A DNA stretch of 64,000 nt from an uncultured bacterium (GTDB lineage Bacteria > UBP6 > UBA1177 > JAKLFG01), in NCBI GenBank assembly GCA_937871295.1, contig CALMRE010000219.1, positions 174-64,173 on the forward strand, written 5' to 3'. Shown here piece after piece: positions 9,326 to 18,862 of this stretch (positions within the stretch are counted from its first letter, which is position 1; every line of letters begins with the position of its first letter). Made by a program: the position numbers and the translations under genes. The notes under the pieces were generated by a model. The model was not told where the DNA came from. It was given only the letters and a program-made list of their open reading frames with translations, and did not search any database.

Positions 9326-9826
9326 ATGGCCTTCAACAGCTTCAACAAGATCATGATCCTCGGCCGGCTCGGCCGTGCCCCGGAACTCAAGTATTCGACG
9401 GCGGGGAATCCGATCACCAAGTTCACCGTCGCCACCAACGAACGGCTGAAAGGTACCGGCGGTCAGGCGGAGGAACACACCGAATGGCATAAGGTGGTGG
9501 TGTTCGGCGCGGCGGCCGAGAACTGCTCGAAATTCCTCAAGCAGGGGTCGCTGGTCTTCGTCGAGGGTAAACTGCGGACCCGCAAATACACCGACAAGGA
9601 CAATGTCGAGAAGTACTTCACCGAGGTCATCTCCGACATGGTTCACTTCCTCGACGCCGGCGGCGAGTCGGGCGGCGGAGAAGCGGGCGGCGGCAAAGGA
9701 GCCCCGCGCGGCGAGGAACGCACCTATCAGAAGAACACCCCGAAGGCGAAAGAAGAGGAATTCAATGGCGCCCTCTCCGACGCCATCAAGGGCGCACCCG
9801 ACGGCGACGACGATCTGCCGTTCTAG
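9326..9826 (+). CDS. ssb: Single-stranded DNA-binding protein
   Basis: OB-fold N-terminus, a Gly-rich linker, and the C-terminal acidic tail DDDLPF. Confidence 0.9.
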   Translation: MAFNSFNKIMILGRLGRAPELKYSTAGNPITKFTVATNERLKGTGGQAEEHTEWHKVVVFGAAAENCSKFLKQGSLVFVEGKLRTRKYTDKDNVEKYFTEVISDMVHFLDAGGESGGGEAGGGKGAPRGEERTYQKNTPKAKEEEFNGALSDAIKGAPDGDDDLPF

Positions 9827-10693
9827 TCACGGTATCAGGTAACTTCTACCCTTTTTCACCACCAGTCCTTCGGTGCACAGTTCGCCGAGTATCTTCGTGA
9901 AGCGGGCCTCATCGAGCGCCTCGATCTTAAGGTCGAGCGCCGCGGCGGCCGAAAGCCGTTTTTCAGTGAGCGCTCCTTTTGCCAACGCGCGGAGTATCGC
10001 GCCACGGAGCTGACGGTCGCTTCCCTCGAAGCGCGACTGCCGGGTATGATGCGCCGAACGGCGCGAAGGGTTCGGATGAAGTTTCTTCAGATGAACGCCG
10101 TAGTCCATCAGCGCGTAATACCAGCGGCGCGGATCATCGCGGTCAAGGGTCGAATCGATGAGCGGCATCAATTCGCGGTCGCTCACCTTTTCCCGGCCGG
10201 GGAAGAAATGGTGCAGATAAACGGCGCGGATGTTGGTCTCGATAAATATGTGCGGCTGGTTGTGGGCGAAGGTGAGGACGGCGCGGGCGGTGTAGGGGCC
10301 GATGCCGGGAAGGGCGGTCAGCGCTTCGATGGAGTCGGGGAGGATGCCGCCATGCCGCGTCAAAGTGGCCTCGGCGCATTTTTTGAGGAAAAGCGCCCGC
10401 CGGTTGTAGCCGAGTCCCTGCCAGAGGGCGAGCACCTCGCGCAGGGGGGCGGCGGCAAGCGTCGCGATGTCGGGGAACCGCGCGATGAAGCGGGGGAAGT
10501 AGGCGGCGACGCGGTCGGTACGGGTCTGCTGGAGCATCACCTCCGACACGAGTATCTCGTACGGATCGGTCGTGAGACGCCAGAGGAAACTGCGGCCGTG
10601 TTTCTCGAAGTGGCCGAGCACCGTTTCGCGGAAATGTCGTATCTCGTCGCGTCTCATGGGGAAGGGTATACCGGAAAAAGAAGGGGAGGTCAA
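9827..10693 (-). CDS. HhH-GPD base-excision DNA glycosylase (MutY/Nth-like N-terminus, no Fe-S cysteine cluster)
   Basis: EVMLQQTRTDRV, HhH LPGIGPYTARAV and a catalytic-Asp region are present. The C-x6-C-x2-C-x5-C cluster is absent. The true start may be at M13 (10657). Confidence 0.6.
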   Translation of the reverse strand: MTSPSFSGIPFPMRRDEIRHFRETVLGHFEKHGRSFLWRLTTDPYEILVSEVMLQQTRTDRVAAYFPRFIARFPDIATLAAAPLREVLALWQGLGYNRRALFLKKCAEATLTRHGGILPDSIEALTALPGIGPYTARAVLTFAHNQPHIFIETNIRAVYLHHFFPGREKVSDRELMPLIDSTLDRDDPRRWYYALMDYGVHLKKLHPNPSRRSAHHTRQSRFEGSDRQLRGAILRALAKGALTEKRLSAAAALDLKIEALDEARFTKILGELCTEGLVVKKGRSYLIP

Positions 10694-10752
10694 CAGAGTA
10701 TTGTTGCCTTACACCGCCGCCTGCGCTACTATCGGCCGGTAACGGAGGGGCC

Positions 10753-11889
10753 ATGACGGGAACCGGCATCTACATCCATATTCCCTTTTGCGTGTCGCGC
10801 TGCGGTTACTGCGATTTTTTCTCGACGGTGCCGAAGGCGGGCGAGATCAAGGCGGCCTACGGGGCGCAGGTGGTCGCGGTGCTGAAAAAAGAACTCGCGA
10901 CGGTGTCGGCCGAAGAGATCGTTTCGCTCTACATCGGCGGCGGAACCCCATCGACGATGCCGGGGCGCTTCTTCGCCGCCGTCGGGCGGGCGTTGGCCGC
11001 TGCGAACATCGATACCGATAAGATAGAATTCACCGTCGAGACGAATCCGGCCGATGTCACCGCGCCGTTCCTGCGGACGCTCAAGAAATGCGGCGTCAAC
11101 CGGCTCTCGCTCGGCACCCAGTCAGCCGACGATGCGGTGCTTAAAGCGATGGGACGCCGCGCGTCGCGGGCGATGCTCGCCACGGTGCTGCCGCTTGCGC
11201 GCAAGGAGTTCGGCAATATCTCCTACGATATCATCTATGGTTTCGGGAAACGGCCGCGCGATCTGGCGGCGGAACTCGGCTGGCTTTTTGATCTCGCCGT
11301 GCCCGACCATGTTTCGACCTACTGCTACACCCGGCCTGAGCGGCCCAAGGCGCCGCGTCTTGCCGCCGAGGATACCGTGACGGCGGAGGAAGAGGCGATC
11401 CACCGGTTCCTCGCCGCCCGCCGGTTTTCCCGCTACGAGGTGAGCAACTGGGCGCGCCGCGGGTTCGAGAGCGTCCACAACCGTCTCTACTGGTCGTGGG
11501 ACCGCTACATCGGCATCGGCGCCGGGGCGCACGGCTTCACCCCGGCCGACGGGGTCCGCTACCATTATCCCGAGTCGGTCATGGCGTTCATAAAGGACCC
11601 GCTGCCGGTCGTGGAGCGCTCACCGCGCGATGTAAAGATGCGCGAGTTCGTGATGATGGGACTGCGTACGAAAGAGGGGATACGGCTCGCGCAGTTCAGG
11701 AAACTCTTCGGCGTCGACATCGCCGCAATCATGTCGGTGGTCACGCGGGAACGCTTTATTGACGCCGGATACGCGACACTCACTAAGACGCGGCTTGCGG
11801 CGACTACGCGCGGGTTCGACCTGCTCAACAGTTTTATCTGCGCACTCTTTGACGACATCGAACGCTACGCGAGGGGCCATGAAAGATAA
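10753..11889 (+). CDS. hemW: Radical SAM heme chaperone HemW / HemN-like
   Basis: IYIHIPFCVSRCGYCDF gives the CxxxCxxC radical-SAM motif near the N-terminus, with a HemN C-terminal domain. Confidence 0.8.
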   Translation: MTGTGIYIHIPFCVSRCGYCDFFSTVPKAGEIKAAYGAQVVAVLKKELATVSAEEIVSLYIGGGTPSTMPGRFFAAVGRALAAANIDTDKIEFTVETNPADVTAPFLRTLKKCGVNRLSLGTQSADDAVLKAMGRRASRAMLATVLPLARKEFGNISYDIIYGFGKRPRDLAAELGWLFDLAVPDHVSTYCYTRPERPKAPRLAAEDTVTAEEEAIHRFLAARRFSRYEVSNWARRGFESVHNRLYWSWDRYIGIGAGAHGFTPADGVRYHYPESVMAFIKDPLPVVERSPRDVKMREFVMMGLRTKEGIRLAQFRKLFGVDIAAIMSVVTRERFIDAGYATLTKTRLAATTRGFDLLNSFICALFDDIERYARGHER

Positions 11890-12490
11890 TATCGATACGC
11901 GCTACACCGCCGACGGGCTGAAGGTGATCGGGGTGGACGAGGCGGGGCGCGGCCCGCTGTGCGGCCCGGTCGTCGTCGGCGCGGTCCATCTGCTTGCGCC
12001 GGTTAAGGGACTCGACGATTCGAAGAAACTCTCTGAACATCAGCGCGAGGCGCTCGTGCCGCTCATCCTCGCGAACAGCATCTGGCAGGTCTATTCGGTG
12101 CTCCCGTGCATCATCGACGAGTTGAACATCCTGCACGCGACGCTGTGGGGGATGGGGCGGGCGGCCGGGAAGGTGTTCGACCGGCTCGCGGGGGAGAAGA
12201 TGATCCTCATCGACGGCAACCGTCTTATTAAAAGGTTCGCGCGCGAGGAGGCGGTGGTGAAGGGTGACAGTAAAAGCGCGAGCATTGCGGCGGCCTCGAT
12301 ACTGGCGAAGGTGCATCGCGACCGCATCATGAAGCGGTGGGCGCTCATCTATCCGCAGTATGGGCTGGCCGAGCACAAAGGCTATCCGACCGACAGCCAC
12401 TACGCCGCGCTCGCACTACATGGCCCGACACCGATACACCGCCGCAGTTTCCGCCTGACCGCAAGGCCTGAACAGACCTCGCTGTTCTGA
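11879..12490 (+). CDS. rnhB: Ribonuclease HII
   Basis: VIGVDEAGRGPLCGPVVVGAV and an ...DDSKKL... catalytic-region motif are present. Start chosen at MKDNID; the ORF-track start at 11759 was rejected. The gene overlaps the hemW stop. Confidence 0.85.
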   Translation: MKDNIDTRYTADGLKVIGVDEAGRGPLCGPVVVGAVHLLAPVKGLDDSKKLSEHQREALVPLILANSIWQVYSVLPCIIDELNILHATLWGMGRAAGKVFDRLAGEKMILIDGNRLIKRFAREEAVVKGDSKSASIAAASILAKVHRDRIMKRWALIYPQYGLAEHKGYPTDSHYAALALHGPTPIHRRSFRLTARPEQTSLF

Positions 12491-12554
12491 TTTCTTGATT
12501 TTGTGCGACGGGGCACTAGACTCACGCCGGGTTATGTAGTGAATGGAGGACCTC

Positions 12555-14087
12555 ATGTCTCTGAAACGGCTCCTCATCGACGGCGAAACGCTGACCATCC
12601 GCGATGTGTACGAAGTCGCCTGCTGTGACCGCCCCGTCGGCATCGCCCCCGCGGCGGTGAAAAAGGTCGAGAAATGCCGCCGCTTCGTCGACAAACTCCT
12701 GACGCAGGATAAACCGGTCTACGGCATCAACACTGGCTTTGGCATACTGAGCGAAGTGGCGATCCCCAAAGACCACCTCGACGACCTCCAGATAAACCTC
12801 ATCCGCAGCCACGCCATCGGCATCGGCGACCCGTTCGACCGCGCGACCGTCCGCGCCATCATGCTGCTGCGCGCCAACGTGCTGGCCAAAGGCTTCTCCG
12901 GCGTGCGCCTCTCGACGCTTGAACATCTGGTCGAGTTCATCAACGCCGACATCATCCCCTACATCCCGCAGAAAGGATCGGTCGGCGCGTCGGGCGACCT
13001 CGCCCCGCTGTCGCACCTTGCCCTTGCCCTGTGCGGCGAAGGCTACTGCCTCGGTGACGGTATGTTGCCGGTCGATACGGCCGGAGTGCTGAAAAAGAAA
13101 AAAGTGACGTCGATAACGCTCAAGGCGAAGGAGGGGCTCGCTCTCATCAACGGAACGCAGGTGATGACCGCCGTGGGGGCGCTCACCATCCACCGGCTGA
13201 ACGATCTGGTGAAACTCGCCGACATAGCGCTGGCGCTCACCGTCGACGCGATGCTCGGTACCGACCGCGCCTTCGACGACAAGGTGAACCGCGTTCGCGC
13301 CCATCCCGGCCAGTTCGAGGTATCGCGCAATGTCCGCAAACTCCTTGCTGGTTCATCCATCCGCGAATCGCACCGCTGCTGCACCAAAGTGCAGGATTCC
13401 TACAGCCTCCGCTGCGCCCCGCAGGTCCACGGCGCCATCCGCGACGCGCTGAACCACGCTGCCGAGGTGATCACGACCGAGATAAATTCTTCGACCGACA
13501 ACCCGCTCATCTTCCCCGACGAGCAGGAGACGATATCGGCGGGCAACTTCCACGGTGAGCCGGTGGCGCTGGTGATGGACTACCTCACCGCGGCGGTGAG
13601 CGAACTGGGAAACATCGCCGAGCGGCGTATCGAACAGCTCGTCAACCCGGTCTTTTCACAGGCGCCCGCTTTCCTTATAAAGAACAAAGGGCTCAATTCG
13701 GGCTTCATGATCGTGCAGGTGGCGGCGGCGAGCTTAGTCTCCGAATCGAAGTCGCTCTCATTCCCCGCGTCGGTCGACTCCATCCCCACCTCCGCCGGCA
13801 AAGAGGACCATGTCAGCATGGGGACCATATCGGCGCGGAAGTGCGCGCAGGTGACCGAGAACACCGCCTGCGTCATCGCGCTGGAACTGCTTACCGGCTG
13901 TCAGGCGCTCGAATTCCGCAAGCCGCTCAAGACCGGTATCGCCCTGCGGGCGGTCCATAAGCGGATACGGAGCGAGGTCCCGTTCATGGACCACGACTAC
14001 TTCCTCCATCCCGCCTTCGCGAAGGTCCGGGCGATGGAAACGGAACTCGTCCATATCGCCGAGAAGGCGGTGTGCGGTCTCGAATAA
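12555..14087 (+). CDS. Histidine/aromatic amino acid ammonia-lyase family (HAL/PAL), canonical MIO triad
   Basis: GSVGASGDLAPLSHL contains the Ala-Ser-Gly MIO-forming triad. Full-length at about 510 aa. SD GGAGGA upstream of MSLKR. Confidence 0.8.
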   Translation: MSLKRLLIDGETLTIRDVYEVACCDRPVGIAPAAVKKVEKCRRFVDKLLTQDKPVYGINTGFGILSEVAIPKDHLDDLQINLIRSHAIGIGDPFDRATVRAIMLLRANVLAKGFSGVRLSTLEHLVEFINADIIPYIPQKGSVGASGDLAPLSHLALALCGEGYCLGDGMLPVDTAGVLKKKKVTSITLKAKEGLALINGTQVMTAVGALTIHRLNDLVKLADIALALTVDAMLGTDRAFDDKVNRVRAHPGQFEVSRNVRKLLAGSSIRESHRCCTKVQDSYSLRCAPQVHGAIRDALNHAAEVITTEINSSTDNPLIFPDEQETISAGNFHGEPVALVMDYLTAAVSELGNIAERRIEQLVNPVFSQAPAFLIKNKGLNSGFMIVQVAAASLVSESKSLSFPASVDSIPTSAGKEDHVSMGTISARKCAQVTENTACVIALELLTGCQALEFRKPLKTGIALRAVHKRIRSEVPFMDHDYFLHPAFAKVRAMETELVHIAEKAVCGLE

Positions 14088-14094
14088 TTCCCCG

Positions 14095-16134
14095 TTAATT
14101 CTCCGCGGGATCTTTTTTCTTAATTTTATTCTGCATGCGGCTCAGCATGTCGAGCGCCATCTCTTTCTCGGTGAGCCCGCCGGGGACCCCTTCGGTCAGT
14201 CCCGCCTCGGCGAGGAATACCGACGCGGCGGTCATCTCGCTCTTGCCGCGCACCTTGACCATGCGCGGGATGGTGAGGTGGAGCCGTTCGCGGGCGCGGG
14301 TGAAGGCGACATAGCAGAGCCGCCGTTCCTCTTCGATGTTCCCTTCGTCGAGCGCCATCCGGTTGGGAAGGCCGCCCTGATAGAAACCGGGGATGAAGAC
14401 GGCATCGAACTCGAGCCCCTTGGCGCTGTGGGCGGTGATGATGCTGACGCCCCCCTTCTTTTCGTCCTCGTCGGCCGACTGGATGAGCATCGCGGCGTTG
14501 ATGAAATCTATCCAGAATTCCATCGGGCCGAGGTTCTTCTTCTCGGCGCGGTGATAGCTGACGGCGCTCACGAATTCGCGGATGTTCTCGAGCCGAATGC
14601 CTGCTGCCTCGTCGCTCTCGCCGCTTTTGAGGACCGCCTCTTCGATGCCGGTCGCCCGGATAAGCTCTTCGGCAAAGGGGGCCGGTTCAAGCGCGCGGAG
14701 TTTGGCGATGAGTTCGCGGTGCATCGTCCCGAATGCGCCGATGGCACTCTGTTGCGCCGGGGTGAGTATCGTGTAATCGGCGGCCCGCTGGGTGACGCCG
14801 ATGGCGGGCGATTTTTCGACCGTGGCGATCTCGAAGAGTTTCTCGACCGCCGCCGCGCCGATGCCGCGGGCGGGATAGTTGATGATGCGGCGCAGGCTGA
14901 TCTCGTCGTCGGGGTTGACGAGTATCCGCAGGTAGGCGAGGATATCCTTTATCTCTTTATTCTCGAAGAACTTCTGGCCGCCGATGACGCGGTAGGGGAC
15001 GCGCGAGCGGGCGAAGGCCTTTTCGAACGGGAGCGTCTGGGCATTGGTCCGCACCATGACGGCGCAGGCGGTATACTTCTTTCCGGCGACGACGAGCTTC
15101 GCGATCTCACCTGCCACCTGTTCCGCCTCCTCGATCTCGTCAAGCGCGGTGGCGACCGTTATCGGCGTGTAGCCTTCGGCCTTCTTGCGGGCGAAGACCG
15201 TCTTGGGCGAACGGGTCTTGTTGAAGCCGATGAGCCGCCCGGCGGTCGCGACGATCTCGCTCACCGACCGGAAGTTCTCCTCCATCTTGACGATGCGGGT
15301 GCCGGGGAAATCGTCGGCGAATTCGAGAATGTTCTCGACCCGCGCGCCGCGCCAGCTGTAGATGCTCTGGTCGTCGTCGCCCACCGCGCAGACATTGCCG
15401 TGGACCGACGAGAGCTGGCGGATGAGCCGGTACTGCGCCCGGTTGGTGTCCTGATATTCGTCGACCATGAGGTAGCGCCAGTGGGTTGCGTACTTCTTCC
15501 GGAGTTCTTCGTCGCGGTCGAGCAGTTCGAGCGGCTTCATGATGAGATCGTCGAAATCCATCGCCGCCGCCGCCTTGAGCGTCCGCTGGTACGGTTCATA
15601 GAGCCGTCGCGCGACGGTGCGGCGGATGTCGCCGAGGAAGAAACTTTTGTCGTCCAGCAGCGCCGGATCGTTCTTGAGCGACGATACGATGCCGATGAGG
15701 GTGTGGGCCGAATACTGTTCGCGCGATACCCGTTCCTCCGCCATCACCTTCTTCATCAGTTCGACCTGTTCATAGGGTGAATAGATGACGAAGTGGGCGG
15801 GGTAGCCGATCTTCTTGTGCTCCCGTTTCAGTATCTGGAGACCGAGCGCGTGAAAGGTGCAGATGGTGACCCGTTTGGCGGTCGCCGGATCGTCGATGAG
15901 CGTTCCGGCCCGTTCGCGCATCTCTTTGGCCGCCTTGTTGGTGAAGGTGACGGCGAGTATCTCTTCGGGCGGCACCTTTTTCTGGCCGATGAGGTAGGCG
16001 ATGCGGCAGGTGATGACGCGGGTCTTGCCCGATCCGGCGCCGGCGAAGACAAGGAGCGGTCCGTCGGTGGTGGTGACCGCCTCGCGCTGAGCCGCGGAGA
16101 GGCGAAGTTTCGCTATGTCAAAGGAGGTGGCGAT
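14095..16134 (-). CDS. uvrD: UvrD/PcrA/Rep-family ATP-dependent DNA helicase (start codon uncertain)
   Basis: Motifs Ia-VI are present: TFTNKAA, DEYQDTN, VGDDDQSIY, and C-terminal VTxxTxHSAKGLEFDAVF. The Walker A GAGSGKT is encoded upstream of the GTG (15975) used by the ORF track. The frame is open up to the stop of the upstream gene at 16141 with no ATG/GTG/TTG, so the start may be ATC (16134) or ATA (16116). Confidence 0.75.
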   Translation of the reverse strand: MATSFDIAKLRLSAAQREAVTTTDGPLLVFAGAGSGKTRVITCRIAYLIGQKKVPPEEILAVTFTNKAAKEMRERAGTLIDDPATAKRVTICTFHALGLQILKREHKKIGYPAHFVIYSPYEQVELMKKVMAEERVSREQYSAHTLIGIVSSLKNDPALLDDKSFFLGDIRRTVARRLYEPYQRTLKAAAAMDFDDLIMKPLELLDRDEELRKKYATHWRYLMVDEYQDTNRAQYRLIRQLSSVHGNVCAVGDDDQSIYSWRGARVENILEFADDFPGTRIVKMEENFRSVSEIVATAGRLIGFNKTRSPKTVFARKKAEGYTPITVATALDEIEEAEQVAGEIAKLVVAGKKYTACAVMVRTNAQTLPFEKAFARSRVPYRVIGGQKFFENKEIKDILAYLRILVNPDDEISLRRIINYPARGIGAAAVEKLFEIATVEKSPAIGVTQRAADYTILTPAQQSAIGAFGTMHRELIAKLRALEPAPFAEELIRATGIEEAVLKSGESDEAAGIRLENIREFVSAVSYHRAEKKNLGPMEFWIDFINAAMLIQSADEDEKKGGVSIITAHSAKGLEFDAVFIPGFYQGGLPNRMALDEGNIEEERRLCYVAFTRARERLHLTIPRMVKVRGKSEMTAASVFLAEAGLTEGVPGGLTEKEMALDMLSRMQNKIKKKDPAEN

Positions 16135-16140
16135 GGCTGC

Positions 16141-16590
16141 TTACTTGAGACCCTGCAGAAGAACGATGCCGCCGACCATCGCGAAGATCGCGAACGATTC
16201 GACGATGCCGGGGCTGGCGAACGCGAGACCGGCGATGGAGGGTTTCTTGGCGACCGCGAGTATCGCCGACGAACAGGCTTTACCCTGATAGATCGCCGAG
16301 AACATCAGAGCCACGCCGCAGGCGACGCCGATGGCGAACAGCGGTCCGGTCGATTTGCCCGCCTCGGTCAGCGCATTTATCTTGTCGCTCATGAGGATCA
16401 TCAGAACGAAGCCGTAGATGGTCTGCGACGCAGGCATCGCCGAAAGGGCGACGAACAGGCCGTGACCTTCGTCGGTCTTCGACATGATACCGTGCGAGGT
16501 CATGCCGGCAAGGCCGCAGCCGATGGCCGAGCCGCAGGCGGCCAGACCGAGACACAAAATGGGGCCGAACGAACCGAGATCGGAAAACAT
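16141..16590 (-). CDS. V/A-type ATPase proteolipid (c/K subunit)-like membrane protein, orphan
   Basis: 149 aa with four predicted TM helices in two Gly/Ala-rich hairpins. A conserved Glu in the last helix (GIVESFAIF) is typical of duplicated V-type c subunits. SD AAGGAGG upstream. No other ATPase subunit genes lie nearby. Confidence 0.55.
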   Translation of the reverse strand: MFSDLGSFGPILCLGLAACGSAIGCGLAGMTSHGIMSKTDEGHGLFVALSAMPASQTIYGFVLMILMSDKINALTEAGKSTGPLFAIGVACGVALMFSAIYQGKACSSAILAVAKKPSIAGLAFASPGIVESFAIFAMVGGIVLLQGLK

Positions 16591-16755
16591 AGGGTCCTCC
16601 TTTTATTTAGGAATGATCATCCGCATATCAAAAGAGCCGCGCCCATCATACTCGGAACAAAAAGAAATGCAAAAAACGGGAGGAGCTCGTTTCTTCTTGC
16701 ATTTTCGAGCTCTTCCGCCTATCATCGCCCGATTGATCCGGTAGGAGGTGTAGCG

Positions 16756-17349
16756 ATGCGGAACATGCTGTTGGTGCTCGCGATCGTCGTGACGGCGATG
16801 AGCTTTGCCTGCAAGAAGGAAACGGTGATCGAACGGGCGGCAGACCCGGCGCTGGGACAGGAGCTTATCGCCGTCATCGAGAAAGGCGACGAAGCGGCGG
16901 CCTTCGAACTGATGAAGAAGGGGGCCGATATCAACGCGCGGCAGAAGGGGACCGCCTACACTCCGTATGTGATCGCGGCGAAGAACTGCCTGACCACGAC
17001 GGTCCGCCGGATCGAGGAGCGGGGCGCCGACCTGACGCTTGAGGTCTCGTCGGCCAATACGGTCGTGAAGTCGGCCTACCTCAACGCGGCCATGGCGGGC
17101 TGTCTGGATACCGTGCGTTACTTTGTCGAGGAGAAGCATCTCGACATCAATACGCGTCATCATGTCTGGAACGAGACGATACTCCACAAGGCGGTGCAGA
17201 AACATAACGGATCGCTTGCCCGCTATGCTTTGGAGCGGGGGGTGGACCGGAACATCCGGGACAACAATCAGCGCACGGCGCTCGATCTGGCCAAAGAGAT
17301 CGGGGCGACCGAGGTAGCGGCGCTCATAGAGAAGTATCCGGTGAAGTGA
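16756..17349 (+). CDS. Ankyrin-repeat lipoprotein
   Basis: Lipobox AMSFAC. Three to four ankyrin repeats are present (GADINARQ..., TPYVIAAKN, NETILHKAVQKHN, RTALDLAKE). SD GGAGG upstream of ATG 16756; the ORF-track N-terminal extension was rejected. Confidence 0.65.
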   Translation: MRNMLLVLAIVVTAMSFACKKETVIERAADPALGQELIAVIEKGDEAAAFELMKKGADINARQKGTAYTPYVIAAKNCLTTTVRRIEERGADLTLEVSSANTVVKSAYLNAAMAGCLDTVRYFVEEKHLDINTRHHVWNETILHKAVQKHNGSLARYALERGVDRNIRDNNQRTALDLAKEIGATEVAALIEKYPVK

Positions 17350-17359
17350 TCGGGATCGT

Positions 17360-17767
17360 TCAGGTCGGGATATATTCGTTCTTGTCCGATTTCCAGATCA
17401 GATAATCGCGGTACTCCTTGTCGATGAGGTCGGAGTTGCCGCTGTTGTAGACCATGATATTGCGCAGGAAGATGAAGGAGTCGAGTTCAAGATCGCGCAA
17501 CTGGACCGCGAAACCGTCGGTATCCTTGCGCGCCACCGTCCCCTTGACCGTCACCCCCATCTCGGAGTGTTCGCTCGACAGTTCGAGCCGCACATCGACC
17601 GCGGTCCCCATCGCCAGTTCGGGACCCTTCGCGAAGTAGATGCCCGAAAGACTCAGGTTGCGCACCTCGCACGGGATCTCGGCGCCGTTATGAAGTATCC
17701 GGGCGGCGACCTCGAAGTCGACCCGTGAAAGCATCCGTTTGACCATCACACCACTCGTAGTGAACAA
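17360..17767 (-). CDS. PilZ-domain protein (putative c-di-GMP binding)
   Basis: RMLSR (RxxxR) is followed after about 19 aa by NLSLSG ([D/N]xSxxG). Confidence 0.5.
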   Translation of the reverse strand: MFTTSGVMVKRMLSRVDFEVAARILHNGAEIPCEVRNLSLSGIYFAKGPELAMGTAVDVRLELSSEHSEMGVTVKGTVARKDTDGFAVQLRDLELDSFIFLRNIMVYNSGNSDLIDKEYRDYLIWKSDKNEYIPT

Positions 17768-17811
17768 CTAACGCCCGCATACTATATGCGCCGGAACGGT
17801 TTGTCAACAAA

Positions 17812-17844
17812 CAGAGGGGTCAGTCCTCGACATTAGACATTTCT
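17812..17844. repeat. Left terminal inverted repeat of the RAYT-like element
   Basis: 33 bp; 32/33 reverse-complement match to 18863-18895. Confidence 0.6.
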
Positions 17845-17849
17845 CTGCT

Positions 17850-18806
17850 CTATTTCGACAAGTTGTGATCGATAGTCGCCGCGATATCCCGCAGTCGTTT
17901 GTTCTGTGTCATGGCTTCATCCAAGCGCCCCGTCAGCTTGGAAACTGCCTGTCCCTTCATATCGAAACGCGCGCCGATCTCCGCCAAGGAGCCCGCTCCG
18001 TGCCGCCGCAGCGCCCACAGGTACCACTTGAACGAATCGTCGCCGCGCCGTTTCTCGATGGGCGCGCCCTCTTTGAGCTTCAGCGCCTTGCGCACCGCCG
18101 CCGCTACCGCTTCTTCGCTTCCGGCCAGCAGTCGCCGCGCCTCGGGCATATGCGCCACCGGCGTTTCCCGCAGGCGCACCTTCATCTCGTCCACGAAATC
18201 TTCGCCGCCGAGCAGCGAGTTCGCGCCGTAGATGCTTGCGGCGTCGGGTTTGCGCCTCCATACCTCGTCGATGATGGCGAGGTAGTTCTTCCGGCCGCCG
18301 CAGAGTTTCATGACCTCGTCGGTGGTCACCGTGAGCGTCAGTTCGTTCTTCTTCGCGGGCGGGTTCTTGCCGATGTAGTGCGCCATGCTCGACCACCGCC
18401 ACGCTTCGGGGCTTTTCACCAGCCCGGCGCGCACCGGATTGAGGTGGATGTAGGCCGACACCGTCGCGAGGTAGCGTTCCTCCTCGACGAGCACCGACTT
18501 GAAGCGGCCTTGGAACAGCGATCCGACGAGTTGATGCCGCGCCCGGTACCACGATGCGTAACTTGAATTGAGAGTATGCATCGCCCGCGAGAGGTTGGCG
18601 TCGGGGGTGCCGACGAGCAGGTGGTAATGGTTGTCCATCAGGCAGTAGCCGTGCACGACGAGGTTGAACCGTATCTGTACGACGGCGAGGCGCCCGAGGA
18701 ACTCTTCGCGGTCCTTGTCGTCGGTGAAGATCGCTTCGCGGCGGTGTCCGCGGTTGATGACATGGTAGAGCGCGTTCTCATACGCGAGGCGCAATGGGCG
18801 GGCCAT
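17850..18806 (-). CDS. IS200/RAYT-like HUH (Y1) transposase fused to a DnaA C-terminal-like HTH domain
   Basis: HUH motif HGYCLMDNHYHLL. The IS200-like C-terminal helix YIHLNPVRAGLV is present. The C-terminal roughly 120 aa is helical and DnaA-domain-IV-like. Confidence 0.7.
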   Translation of the reverse strand: MARPLRLAYENALYHVINRGHRREAIFTDDKDREEFLGRLAVVQIRFNLVVHGYCLMDNHYHLLVGTPDANLSRAMHTLNSSYASWYRARHQLVGSLFQGRFKSVLVEEERYLATVSAYIHLNPVRAGLVKSPEAWRWSSMAHYIGKNPPAKKNELTLTVTTDEVMKLCGGRKNYLAIIDEVWRRKPDAASIYGANSLLGGEDFVDEMKVRLRETPVAHMPEARRLLAGSEEAVAAAVRKALKLKEGAPIEKRRGDDSFKWYLWALRRHGAGSLAEIGARFDMKGQAVSKLTGRLDEAMTQNKRLRDIAATIDHNLSK

Positions 18807-18862
18807 GGATTCCTCCGTCGGTCAGTACGGCGGAGAGATATCAGAACGATCAACTCAAGTCA

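Noticed and set aside
16133-16300. Plus-strand ATG with a perfect AAGGAGG SD, giving a roughly 55-aa ORF antisense to the proteolipid gene.
   Set aside because: It is too short, has no motif, and is fully antisense to a plausible gene. It is mentioned only because the same SD-like sequence sits at the junction of the proteolipid and helicase genes.
15793-17349. 518-aa plus-strand ORF spanning the helicase and proteolipid genes.
   Set aside because: Only the last 197 codons (from 16756) look real: an ankyrin lipoprotein with an SD. The upstream part is antisense junk.
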